Assembly (NCBI GenBank): GCA_964631935.1
Contig: CAZWAV010000001.1
Span: forward strand, 70,979-114,481
Reading direction: 5' to 3'
DNA from: an uncultured Candidatus Saccharibacteria bacterium
Lineage (GTDB): Bacteria; Patescibacteriota; Minisyncoccia; Phycocordibacterales; UBA9973
DNA length: 43,503 bases
The translations under genes and the position numbers were made by a program. This document shows positions 33,444 through 42,471 of the stretch, in pieces. Every line of letters begins with the position of its first letter. The first letter of the stretch is position 1. The notes beneath the pieces are model-generated. The model saw only the letters and a program-made list of their open reading frames with translations. It was not told where the DNA came from and did no database searches.

Positions 33444-33806
33444 ATGGCTACAACAAAAACTACAACAAAAAAGAAGGCTTCAGACAACACTGAATTTGCG
33501 GTGATTGAAACTGGCGGTAAACAATACAAAGTCGCTGTTGGCGATGTCCTAAAAGTTGAAAAACTCGATGGTTCATTTACTGCTGGAGACAAAATCGTTT
33601 TCGACAAGGTTTTACTTGTAGATAACGGTATCGATACAACTATTGGCTCACCTTATATCAAGACAGCTACAGTAGAATCACTATTCCAACGCCATGGACG
33701 CGGTAAAACAGTAAAGGTAGTCAAATACAAGCAGAAGAGCCGATACCTCAAGAAGAACGGCCATCGCCAACCTTTCGTTGAAGTCAAAATCTCAGCAATA
33801 AAATAA
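33444..33806 (+). CDS. rplU: 50S ribosomal protein L21 (with a short Lys/Thr-rich N-terminal extension)
   Basis: FAVIETGGKQYKVAVGDVLKVEKL...KVVKYKQKSRYLKKNGHRQPF. Confidence 0.9.
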   Translation: MATTKTTTKKKASDNTEFAVIETGGKQYKVAVGDVLKVEKLDGSFTAGDKIVFDKVLLVDNGIDTTIGSPYIKTATVESLFQRHGRGKTVKVVKYKQKSRYLKKNGHRQPFVEVKISAIK

Positions 33807-33830
33807 AACCACTCAGAGATGAGTGGTTTT
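33805..33830. terminator. Bidirectional hairpin terminator between rplU and recR
   Basis: aaaaccactca / gaga / tgagtggtttt. Confidence 0.8.
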
Positions 33831-33831
33831 A

Positions 33832-34446
33832 TTATGCTCTATTTTTTAATGCATTCTTGATAGTTTCACTATCAGAGTATTCAAGCTCAGTACCAGTAGA
33901 GAGTCCGCGGCCCAGACTTACAATATTAAAATTATAATTTTTTTGAATAAGCGAGAGTATTTCTCTTAAATACATATCAGTATGTTCTCCTTGAGGATTA
34001 AGAGATAATGCTATTATGATTTCTTTTAAATTATCTTTCTTTGCACGATCTTCCACACTTCGTGTCAACTCTTTTATTCGAATAAAAGTCGGAGTTTCTT
34101 TTGTAACTATTGGGACCAACCCTCCTAATATAAAGTACATACCATTGTAATTTTTACTTTTCTTTATACTTTCAAAGTCAGCATCTTTTTCAACAATTAG
34201 AAGGGAAGTCTTGTCCGTTTTTGGGTTTGCGCATGTCTCACATAGTACATTCCTATCTCCCTGGAAGAATAGAAAGCATGATGGACATTGGTGAATTTTC
34301 TCCTTGATTTCTAAGACTGCTTCTCCTAGCTCCTGAACGTAATTAGGATTTTTATGTAATAAGAAATATACAAAACGTTTTGCTTGTCGTTCACCTATAC
34401 CTGGGAATTCTTTAAATTGCTGTGCAAGTTTCTCTATTGGATTCAT
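33832..34446 (-). CDS. recR: Recombination protein RecR
   Basis: HhH FPGIGERQAKRFVYFLL, C4 zinc finger CPSC...CETC, and a Toprim region LLIVEKDADFESI. Confidence 0.9.
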   Translation of the reverse strand: MNPIEKLAQQFKEFPGIGERQAKRFVYFLLHKNPNYVQELGEAVLEIKEKIHQCPSCFLFFQGDRNVLCETCANPKTDKTSLLIVEKDADFESIKKSKNYNGMYFILGGLVPIVTKETPTFIRIKELTRSVEDRAKKDNLKEIIIALSLNPQGEHTDMYLREILSLIQKNYNFNIVSLGRGLSTGTELEYSDSETIKNALKNRA

Positions 34447-34447
34447 A

Positions 34448-35860
34448 TTAGAATTGATCTATATCACCCTTACTTAGGGATGAAGGCATGAACTCACTGA
34501 CATTACTCTTCTGTAGTGATACAAATGTTGTAAGCTTCTGGTCGAAGTAAAGATCTACTTTACCAACTGGACCATTTCTGTGTTTTTCGATAAGCACCTC
34601 GACTATGTTGGTATGTTCTGACTCATCTTTACCTTTGTCTTCACGGTGTAGGAACATAACTACGTCAGCATCCTGTTCGATTGATCCTGAATCACGGAGG
34701 TCAGATAAACGAGGTCTACCACCACGAGATTCAACAGCACGAGAAAGCTGGGAAAGAGCAAGTACTGGAACATCAAACTCTTTAGCTAAAGCTTTGAGTG
34801 AGCGTGAAATCTCTGTAACTTGGTTGACCATGCTATCGTAATTCTTAGAAGTCGACATAAGTTGCAAGTAATCAACGATAATCATACCTATACCATGCTC
34901 GGCTCTTATTCGACGACAAACAGATCGCATGCGTACTATAGAGTTACCAGCCATGTCATCTACAAATATTGGGGCACGAGAAAGCTTGTCTAGTGAGTCA
35001 CGTATCTTTGAGAATTCGTTCTCTGCTGATAAGTTACCCGTACGAAGATTCCAAGCATTAACTTTTGATTGAGCAGCTAGCATCCTGTCAACTAACTGCT
35101 GTGTACTCATTTCAAGTGAGAATATGACGACCGGTGTACCAGTATTAAGTGCCGCCTGACGAGCAATATCAAGAGCAAGAGTTGTTTTACCGACAGAAGG
35201 ACGAGCCGCAAGGATTATCAAGTCAGACTTCTGAAGACCAGATAGGTATTGATCAAGGTCATGGAATCCTGTTGGTACGCCACGAAGTTCTCCTTTAGTT
35301 TCATGTAGTCGTTCCAACCTTTCCCATGCTTCGGGCAAACTTTGCTTCATAGATGTAAAAGCATGACCCCCAGCATTATTATTGATACCCATCATGCGTT
35401 TTTCTGCTTGATCGAGAGTTTCAAATACATCTTCTACTTCTTCTCTAAATCCAAGTTCAGAAATATCTGTACCCGCATCAATAATTTTCCTTAAGATATT
35501 TTTTTTATTAACTATCTCAGCGTAGTGTTTGATATTTGTTGAAGCGGGGACTGAGTTTGCTAATTCACTTAGATAATTACTACCGCCGATTTGTTCAAGG
35601 ATCCCTTTTTCTTCTAGTTTATGAGAAAGAGAAATTATATCTATCGGATCTCCTTTACTTGAGAGTTCAATCATGACTTTATAGATTTGAGAATGTTTAG
35701 AAACATAAAAAGACTCTATCGATATGAGATCATTTATTTCATGTATTGCTCCGGGTCGAAGCATTATGGAACCAAGCACTGCTTTCTCTGAATCGATGCT
35801 TTGTGGGGGGACCCGTAGGTTTGATCTATTTTTGATATTTTTATCTGCCATAGGACTCAT
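34448..35860 (-). CDS. dnaB: Replicative DNA helicase DnaB
   Basis: PPQSIDSEKAVLGSIM, Walker A AARPSVGKTT, LEMS, DYLQLM, ALSQLSR. Start placed at MSPMADK; the ORF-track start at 35935 adds 25 non-conserved residues and removes the divergent promoter space. Confidence 0.9.
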   Translation of the reverse strand: MSPMADKNIKNRSNLRVPPQSIDSEKAVLGSIMLRPGAIHEINDLISIESFYVSKHSQIYKVMIELSSKGDPIDIISLSHKLEEKGILEQIGGSNYLSELANSVPASTNIKHYAEIVNKKNILRKIIDAGTDISELGFREEVEDVFETLDQAEKRMMGINNNAGGHAFTSMKQSLPEAWERLERLHETKGELRGVPTGFHDLDQYLSGLQKSDLIILAARPSVGKTTLALDIARQAALNTGTPVVIFSLEMSTQQLVDRMLAAQSKVNAWNLRTGNLSAENEFSKIRDSLDKLSRAPIFVDDMAGNSIVRMRSVCRRIRAEHGIGMIIVDYLQLMSTSKNYDSMVNQVTEISRSLKALAKEFDVPVLALSQLSRAVESRGGRPRLSDLRDSGSIEQDADVVMFLHREDKGKDESEHTNIVEVLIEKHRNGPVGKVDLYFDQKLTTFVSLQKSNVSEFMPSSLSKGDIDQF

Positions 35861-35955
35861 TGTAGCATAGTAGGAGATTTTAAAAATCTCTAATCTTAGA
35901 ACAAATATGTTAGTAAAATGTGCAAAACTAGCCATTTTTTGGTATTATTGTCTAT

Positions 35956-36927
35956 ATGAAGAAACGATTACTTTCGGGAGTCAAACCTACAGGTGCCCCA
36001 CATATAGGTAACTACTTTGGAGCTATGCGCCAGTTTGTCGATTTGCAAGATGAATATGAAGCTCTTATTATGATTGCTGACTATCATGCTCTTAATTTCA
36101 TTCAAAACAAGAAGGAAATGGAAGATAATATAATAAATGTCACTCTCGATTACCTTGGAATTGGTCTCGACCCAGAAAAAGTGACTATATTTAAGCAGTC
36201 AGATATAAGTGCGCACACAGAGCTTGCTTGGATATTTGATACGATCACAACCATGCCTTACCTTATGCGCGCACACGCATATAAGGATGCTGAAGCTAAA
36301 AATAAAGAAATAAGCGTCGGTACTTTTAATTACCCAATGTTAATGGCATCAGATATATTACTTTACGATCCAGAGATTGTGCCTGTAGGTTCTGATCAGA
36401 AGCAACACGTAGAGTACGCACGTGATACAGCTCAAAAGTTCAATAATATTTTTGGAGAAACTTTCTCGATGCCGAAAGCTATGATAATGGAAGGTGTAGC
36501 AACTGTGCCAGGTACAGATGGGCAGAAAATGAGTAAGAGCTACAAGAATACTATTCCACTTTTTGGTACTGACGAAGAAATTAAAAAAGCAGTGATGAGC
36601 ATAGTTACAGATTCAAAAACTCCTGACGAACCGAAAGAACCAGAAGCTTGTAATATTTTTGCTCTACATAAACTATTCTTGAAGAAAGATGAAGCTGAAT
36701 CTTTAGCTAATCGTTACAAGGCTGGTGGTATGAGCTATAAAGAATCAAAAGATATGTTATTGGGAGAAATTCTTACCCTTATCGCTCCAATGCGACAGCG
36801 CAGAGATATGTACGCAAAAGATTTAGACAAAGTACGAGCAATTCTAAATAAAGGAAAAGAGAAAGCCAAAGAGATGGCTGAAAAGAAGATGAGTTCAGTA
36901 AAAACAAACATAGGAGTATCTATATAA
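35956..36927 (+). CDS. trpS: Tryptophan--tRNA ligase
   Basis: SGVKPTGAPHIGNYFGA (HIGH-type), GSDQKQH, KMSKS. Confidence 0.95.
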   Translation: MKKRLLSGVKPTGAPHIGNYFGAMRQFVDLQDEYEALIMIADYHALNFIQNKKEMEDNIINVTLDYLGIGLDPEKVTIFKQSDISAHTELAWIFDTITTMPYLMRAHAYKDAEAKNKEISVGTFNYPMLMASDILLYDPEIVPVGSDQKQHVEYARDTAQKFNNIFGETFSMPKAMIMEGVATVPGTDGQKMSKSYKNTIPLFGTDEEIKKAVMSIVTDSKTPDEPKEPEACNIFALHKLFLKKDEAESLANRYKAGGMSYKESKDMLLGEILTLIAPMRQRRDMYAKDLDKVRAILNKGKEKAKEMAEKKMSSVKTNIGVSI

Positions 36928-36931
36928 CAAT

Positions 36932-37210
36932 ATGCTAATGTCCATTATAAAAATTTTAGTTATTGCTGCGATTATATATGTCTTGCTAAAGACGGTTAAA
37001 GTTTTCCGCATCATACTAACCGTAGTGCTAGGTGTTATTTACATACCTATAAATACATTTAATGTGGCAGTTCAAAAATGGTATTTTGGAATGAGGCATA
37101 AGGATGAAATCATATACTATGCCTTTACTCCGTTTTATTGGATAATCGTTGGTATTACATTCATTATATCTATACCTTATGAATTCGTTATAGCAATGGA
37201 TCTGCATTAG
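36932..37210 (+). CDS. Small membrane protein (about 3 TM helices), unknown function
   Basis: Hydrophobic 92-aa ORF packed between trpS and aspS. No recognisable family. Confidence 0.5.
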   Translation: MLMSIIKILVIAAIIYVLLKTVKVFRIILTVVLGVIYIPINTFNVAVQKWYFGMRHKDEIIYYAFTPFYWIIVGITFIISIPYEFVIAMDLH

Positions 37211-37244
37211 ATTATAGAATCTTTCTGTGATAAAGTATTTTAAT

Positions 37245-38579
37245 ATGACCAATCGTATTTATATTAAGGATTTAAAAGATTTTATAGGCCAAGAAGTAGC
37301 CATTGCGGGCTTCGTGGATGTTCGTCGCGACCAAGGTAAGCTTGTATTTATGGATATGCGTGATATGTCAGGCAAAGTCCAAGGAGTAGTCTTACCAAGT
37401 CACACTGAAGCAATGGAGCAAGTCAAAGAAGTTCGTACAGAATGGGTACTTAAAGTCACAGGCATAGTGAATAAACGTCCAGAGAAAAACGTAAAAGAAG
37501 GAGTTCTTAATGGAGATATTGAGCTTGAAATAACTGGAATTGAAGTATTAAGTGCTGCTCAAGAATTACCATTTGCTTCCGATGCAGATTTAAACCTCGA
37601 TACACTTCTCGATTATCGACCTCTTACTCTTCGTCGTGCCAGAGAACAAGCAATCTTTAAAACTCAGCATGTTATACTTTCTGCTTTTCGTGAATATTTA
37701 AATAGTCAAAATTTTACAGAATTTCAAGCTCCAAGAATAGTTGGTGATGACGCAGAAGGCGGGGCGGGTATCTTTAAGATTGAATACTTATATGAAAAGC
37801 CTGCTTACTTATCTACTAGCCCTCAATTGTATAAACAGATGATGGTTGGTGTATTTGAAAGAGTATACACAACAGGCCCGCAATTTCGTGCGGAAAAACA
37901 CGCAACTTCAAGACATCTAAACGAGCTTACAATGCTTGATATAGAAATGGGATTTATTAAAGATCATACAGATGTGATGTCTATGATTTCAAATACTTTA
38001 AAAAGTGTGGTTGTTGCTGTCGGTGAGAAAGCAAAAAATGAACTTAATTTTTTCAACATAGAACTTCCTAAAACCCCAGACGTATTTCCAAGTATGAAGC
38101 TAAGCGAAGCTCATGAATTGATAAAAAAAGAAACTGGTAAAGACAATACAATTGAACCTGATCTTGAACCAGAAGAAGAAAGATGGTTGTGTGAGTATGC
38201 CGCAAGAGAATTAAATAGTGACTTTATTTTTATCACTCACTACCCAGTGTCAAAAAGACCGTTCTATACAATGGAAGACCCAGAAGATCCTGGCTTTACA
38301 AAGAGTTTTGACCTACTTTTCCGTGGAGTGGAGATAATTTCAGGAAGTCAACGTGTCCATGACTACAACATGCTCATAGAGAAAATAAAAGGTAAAGGTC
38401 TTGATCCAGAAAAGTTTGATTTCTATCTTATGGCTTTCAAGTACGGACTACCTCCTCATGGTGGAATTGGTATGGGTCTTGAGCGTCTTACACAAAAGTT
38501 CCTAGGTATTGAAAATGTAAAAGAAGCCACACTTTTTCCTCGTGATATTAATCGTATTGATAAGAGATTGTCTCTATAA
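37245..38579 (+). CDS. aspS: Aspartate--tRNA ligase, archaeal/eukaryal (type 2) form
   Basis: OB-fold N-terminus, STSPQLYKQ, FRAEKHATSRHLNELTMLDIEM, GGIGMGLERL. About 445 aa with no bacterial GAD insertion. An alternative GTG start lies at 37227. Confidence 0.88.
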   Translation: MTNRIYIKDLKDFIGQEVAIAGFVDVRRDQGKLVFMDMRDMSGKVQGVVLPSHTEAMEQVKEVRTEWVLKVTGIVNKRPEKNVKEGVLNGDIELEITGIEVLSAAQELPFASDADLNLDTLLDYRPLTLRRAREQAIFKTQHVILSAFREYLNSQNFTEFQAPRIVGDDAEGGAGIFKIEYLYEKPAYLSTSPQLYKQMMVGVFERVYTTGPQFRAEKHATSRHLNELTMLDIEMGFIKDHTDVMSMISNTLKSVVVAVGEKAKNELNFFNIELPKTPDVFPSMKLSEAHELIKKETGKDNTIEPDLEPEEERWLCEYAARELNSDFIFITHYPVSKRPFYTMEDPEDPGFTKSFDLLFRGVEIISGSQRVHDYNMLIEKIKGKGLDPEKFDFYLMAFKYGLPPHGGIGMGLERLTQKFLGIENVKEATLFPRDINRIDKRLSL

Positions 38580-38581
38580 AT

Positions 38582-38971
38582 ATGAATGATTGTATTTTTT
38601 GTAAAATTTCAAAAGAGGAGATACCTTCTGCTAAAGTCTACGAGGATTCTGAATTCTTCGCATTTTTAGATATAAATCCCGTAGTTAAAGGTCATACTAT
38701 TTTAATTCCAAAAGCTCATAGTAGATGGATGCAAAATACTGATGATGAAACTGTGGGTAAAATATTTATAGTTGCAAAAAAAATAATGAACAAGATCCAA
38801 GGCTCTTTGTCTTGCGATTATGTATCATTAAATGTTGTAGGCGAGGAAGTTGAACACTTCCATATACACCTAATGCCTCGATATTTAGGAGATAAGATAG
38901 CGACATTCATATCTACTCCTTACGAATCACCAGAAGAGAAAGACGAATACGCCAATAAAATAAGAGGATAA
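38582..38971 (+). CDS. HIT-family (histidine triad) nucleotide hydrolase/transferase
   Basis: CIFCKI..., VVKGHTILIPK, HFHIHLMPR (H-x-H-x-H-x-x motif). Confidence 0.85.
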   Translation: MNDCIFCKISKEEIPSAKVYEDSEFFAFLDINPVVKGHTILIPKAHSRWMQNTDDETVGKIFIVAKKIMNKIQGSLSCDYVSLNVVGEEVEHFHIHLMPRYLGDKIATFISTPYESPEEKDEYANKIRG

Positions 38972-38972
38972 T

Positions 38973-39746
38973 ATGTCAGAAGAAAACATTACATCTACAT
39001 ACAATGTACGGACAGGTTCGTTCGAAGGACCACTTGAACTTCTGCTTTCTCTTATAGAACAGAGAAAACTTTTTGTAAATGAGATATCTCTTGCTCAAGT
39101 TACAGATGATTATATATCATATATAAAATCACTATCAGATTTGCCAAACGAGAAACGAATTGCTGACGTTTCTTACTTTATATTAATAGCAGCGACACTG
39201 ATTCTTATTAAATCAAAATCATTACTACCCAGCCTGTCTTTAACTGAGGATGAGGAAGAGAAAATAACTGATCTTGAAACAAGATTGAAGTTATATCAGA
39301 TCATAAAGAATGCAAGTCTTGATATAAAGACAAATTTCGGTGCTAGTATTATATTTACACCACTTGAGCGTACATGGAGTGAACCTCTCTTTTCTCCAGA
39401 TGAAGGTATAACAATATCTTCGATGTCACAATCAGTAAATGACGTATTGGCTCATATTCCCAAAAAACAAGAAAAGTTAACTGAAATAGAAGTAAAAAAG
39501 ATTATTAGTATAGATCAGGTGATCGATAATCTCACAGAACGCATACAGAGTGCTATAAATATTTCATTCAAAGAATTTGCTAAAAGTCATAATGCTGAGA
39601 ATGTTAGCGAAGCCCGTGTTCATATTATCGTTTCGTTTTTAGCTATGTTAGAATTAGTACGTGAAGGAATTATAGATGTTATACAGAATACTTCTTTTGA
39701 AGATATCAGTATTACTAAACCACAACTTGAAGCAGAAATTAATTAA
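38973..39746 (+). CDS. scpA: Segregation and condensation protein A
   Basis: FEGPLELLLSLIEQRKLFVNEISLAQVTDDY and the C-terminal winged helix IVSFLAMLELVREG. Confidence 0.85.
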   Translation: MSEENITSTYNVRTGSFEGPLELLLSLIEQRKLFVNEISLAQVTDDYISYIKSLSDLPNEKRIADVSYFILIAATLILIKSKSLLPSLSLTEDEEEKITDLETRLKLYQIIKNASLDIKTNFGASIIFTPLERTWSEPLFSPDEGITISSMSQSVNDVLAHIPKKQEKLTEIEVKKIISIDQVIDNLTERIQSAINISFKEFAKSHNAENVSEARVHIIVSFLAMLELVREGIIDVIQNTSFEDISITKPQLEAEIN

Positions 39747-39749
39747 TAT

Positions 39750-40292
39750 ATGGAATTAGAATCAAAAATTGAAGGCTTACTTTTTTACAAAGGAGAAGAT
39801 GTGACCATAAAGTCACTATCTACTCTTTTAAAGGTGTCTGAAGATGAAATAAAGGAAGCTTTAAATAAACTTGGGGAATCTTTATCTGGGAGAGGTCTTG
39901 TGTTAGTTAGAAAAGATGATTCTGTTTTGCTTGGAATATCTGCAACACTCAGTCCTATAATAGAGTCCATTCGTAAAGATGAAATTACCCGTGAATTATC
40001 CAAAGCATCACTCGAAACTCTGTCCATAATACTCTACAAGGATGGCGTTGCTCGAAGTGAGATAGATTACATAAGGGGAGTAAACTCTAGTTTCATTTTA
40101 AGAAATTTACTAGTTAGAGGGCTTATAGAAAAGATACTTGATCCAAAAGATAGCCGGCGAGCCTTGTATAAACCCACTTTTGATACACTGTCATATATGG
40201 GTGTATCTTCAGTTGAAAATTTACCCAATTACGTAAATATAAAAACACAATTAGAAGAAGTAATTAATCAGAGTCAAAACAACAATGACTAA
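39750..40292 (+). CDS. scpB: Segregation and condensation protein B
   Basis: IEGLLFYKGEDVTIKSL, SKASLETLSIILYKDGVARSEIDYIRGVNS, LLVRGLIE. Confidence 0.85.
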   Translation: MELESKIEGLLFYKGEDVTIKSLSTLLKVSEDEIKEALNKLGESLSGRGLVLVRKDDSVLLGISATLSPIIESIRKDEITRELSKASLETLSIILYKDGVARSEIDYIRGVNSSFILRNLLVRGLIEKILDPKDSRRALYKPTFDTLSYMGVSSVENLPNYVNIKTQLEEVINQSQNNND

Positions 40293-41334
40293 TGCACTTA
40301 AAATTTTCCTACCAGCAACCGTAAGCTTTATTGTTGGTATTTTGCTCACACCCATTGCTACACACTATTTTTATAAATATAAAATGTGGCGTAAAGTTTC
40401 CAGAAACGAAAATGTTCCTGTTGGGGAATTTCATAAGATACACAATGAGGTTGCTGAATTATCCACGCCTCGTACTGGCGGGATGATCATATGGATATCT
40501 GTAATAATAACTATATTTATATTTGGATTCATTGATCTTACTTTCAATAATACTTTAACAAGCAAGTTATACTTCGTAAGTCGTAACCAAACCCTTCTTC
40601 CATTATTCACTCTAATTATGGCATCTCTAATAGGACTTTGGGATGATTTCTTGCAGATTTTCGGAACAGGCAAATGGACAACTGATCCTATAAAATTACG
40701 CTACTTAAAAGTGAGCATAATTATTGGTCTTGGCCTTGTGATAGGTTGGTGGTTTTTCGTAAAACTCGGAATCTCTGGTATTTATATTCCTTGGCTTGGT
40801 TTTGTAGAACTTGGGTATCTATTCATTCCTTTTTTCATACTCATAATGCTTGGTGTATGGTCAACAAGTGTCATAGATGGTGTTGATGGACTCTCAGGTG
40901 GAATATTAGCATCAATCTTTGCAAGCTATACACTTATAGCTTTCTTTCATAATCAAATAGATTTAGCGGCCTTCTGTGGAGTTATCACAGGAGGACTTCT
41001 TGCCTTTTTGTGGTTCAATATACCACCAGCTCGTTTCTATATGGGTGAAACTGGCATGATAGGACTCACCGTCACTCTTGCTGTCATTGCGTTCCTCACT
41101 AATACCGTTCTATTATTACCGATTATTGCTTTCCCGTTATTTATCACATCTGTCTCGACGATCATTCAGATGACATCAAGAAGGTTGCGTAATGGTAAGA
41201 AAGTTTTCCTTTTCGCGCCACTCCATCATCATTTTGAAGCCTTGGGTTGGCCTTCTTATAAAGTAACTATGCGTTACTGGATTGTCGGAATAATAACTGC
41301 AGTTATAGGAGTTATACTTTCACTTATTGATTAA
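40285..41334 (+). CDS. mraY: Phospho-N-acetylmuramoyl-pentapeptide transferase
   Basis: TPRTGGMI, DDFLQI, DGVDGLSGG, APLHHHFE. Overlaps scpB by 8 nt. Confidence 0.95.
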   Translation: MTNALKIFLPATVSFIVGILLTPIATHYFYKYKMWRKVSRNENVPVGEFHKIHNEVAELSTPRTGGMIIWISVIITIFIFGFIDLTFNNTLTSKLYFVSRNQTLLPLFTLIMASLIGLWDDFLQIFGTGKWTTDPIKLRYLKVSIIIGLGLVIGWWFFVKLGISGIYIPWLGFVELGYLFIPFFILIMLGVWSTSVIDGVDGLSGGILASIFASYTLIAFFHNQIDLAAFCGVITGGLLAFLWFNIPPARFYMGETGMIGLTVTLAVIAFLTNTVLLLPIIAFPLFITSVSTIIQMTSRRLRNGKKVFLFAPLHHHFEALGWPSYKVTMRYWIVGIITAVIGVILSLID

Positions 41335-42437
41335 TGAAAAAGACAGGAATAGATAAAATATTTTTTGGCATAGTCATCACTCTTATTGTTATAGGAGTTA
41401 TTATGTTCACTTCTGCCTCTCTCGGAATACTCGCCAAAAACGAAGCGAAGTTTTATAGTGTGATGTTCGCTCAATTTGCTTTTGGTTTAGGCGGTGGACT
41501 TGTAGCAATGTATATAGGATTTAAAATACCTTACAAATTTTGGCGGACTTACTCTTTGCCAATATTTATTATTTCAATAATATTAACTACACTCGTATTT
41601 GTTCCAAAGCTCGGATCCTTACACGGTGGTGCAAGGCGCTGGATTAATATCCTTGGTGTTTCATTTCAACCAGTAGAATTTCTGAAGATAGGGTTCGTTA
41701 TGTATTTTGCCGCATGGCTCTCATGGGTAAAGAATAGGATAAATGATATGAGGTTTAGTGTTATACCGCTTCTGGTTCTACTTTCAATTATTGCCCTTGT
41801 TCTCATAAAGCAACCAGATACTAAGAGTATAATACTTATTGTTATTACAGCCCTATGTATGCTTTTTGTTTCTGGAGTTCCTTGGAAATATATATTAGGT
41901 ATATTGGGAATAAGTCTAATAGGCTTTATGGTCCTAGTATTCTTTAAACCTTATCTGATGGAGAGAATTAATACATTCATAAATCCTAGTCAAAATAGTA
42001 GTGGTTCATCCTACCAACTTCAACAATCTCTAATCGCTATAGGCTCAGGTGGAGTTTTTGGTAGAGGGCTTGGACAAAGTATTCAGAAATTTAATTACTT
42101 ACCAGAACCACAAGGGGATTCAATCTTCGCGGTTCTAGGTGAAGAATTAGGATTTTTTGGAGCTTTTATTCTAATATGTATATACATAGCTTTTGCTTTG
42201 CGTGGATATAAGATTGCTTATCATGCCCCCGATTCTTTCTCTAAATTACTTGTTATAGGTTTTATAACAATAATAACAGCCCAATCTTTTATGAACATAG
42301 CTTCTATTATTGGCGTATTCCCTTTGACTGGTGTGCCCCTGGTATTTATAAGTCATGGGGGAACAGCACTACTACTGTCTCTTGGTATGATGGGTATAGT
42401 TCTAAACATATCGAGAGTCGCAAAGAAACAAAACTAG
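41334..42437 (+). CDS. ftsW: FtsW/RodA/SpoVE-family (SEDS) peptidoglycan polymerase
   Basis: QPVEFLKI, YQLQQSLIAIGSGGVFGRGLG, LPEPQGDSIFAVLGEELGF. TAATG overlap with mraY. Confidence 0.9.
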   Translation: MKKTGIDKIFFGIVITLIVIGVIMFTSASLGILAKNEAKFYSVMFAQFAFGLGGGLVAMYIGFKIPYKFWRTYSLPIFIISIILTTLVFVPKLGSLHGGARRWINILGVSFQPVEFLKIGFVMYFAAWLSWVKNRINDMRFSVIPLLVLLSIIALVLIKQPDTKSIILIVITALCMLFVSGVPWKYILGILGISLIGFMVLVFFKPYLMERINTFINPSQNSSGSSYQLQQSLIAIGSGGVFGRGLGQSIQKFNYLPEPQGDSIFAVLGEELGFFGAFILICIYIAFALRGYKIAYHAPDSFSKLLVIGFITIITAQSFMNIASIIGVFPLTGVPLVFISHGGTALLLSLGMMGIVLNISRVAKKQN

Positions 42438-42471
42438 AAAAGTTATATAAAATAGGCTACAATATATCAAT

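Noticed and set aside
33109-33607. Minus-strand ORFs 33109-33303 and 33344-33607.
   Set aside because: The first is an alternative frame within corA. The second covers the rplU promoter, leader and N-terminus and has no support.
35861-35935. First 25 codons of the ORF-track dnaB (MASFAHFTNIFVLRLEIFKISYYAT).
   Set aside because: They are not DnaB-like and would leave only 20 nt for two divergent promoters. An internal ATG at 35860 precedes the conserved N-terminal domain.
37028-37252. 74-aa minus-strand ORF.
   Set aside because: It is antisense to the small membrane protein gene and the aspS start region, with no supporting features.
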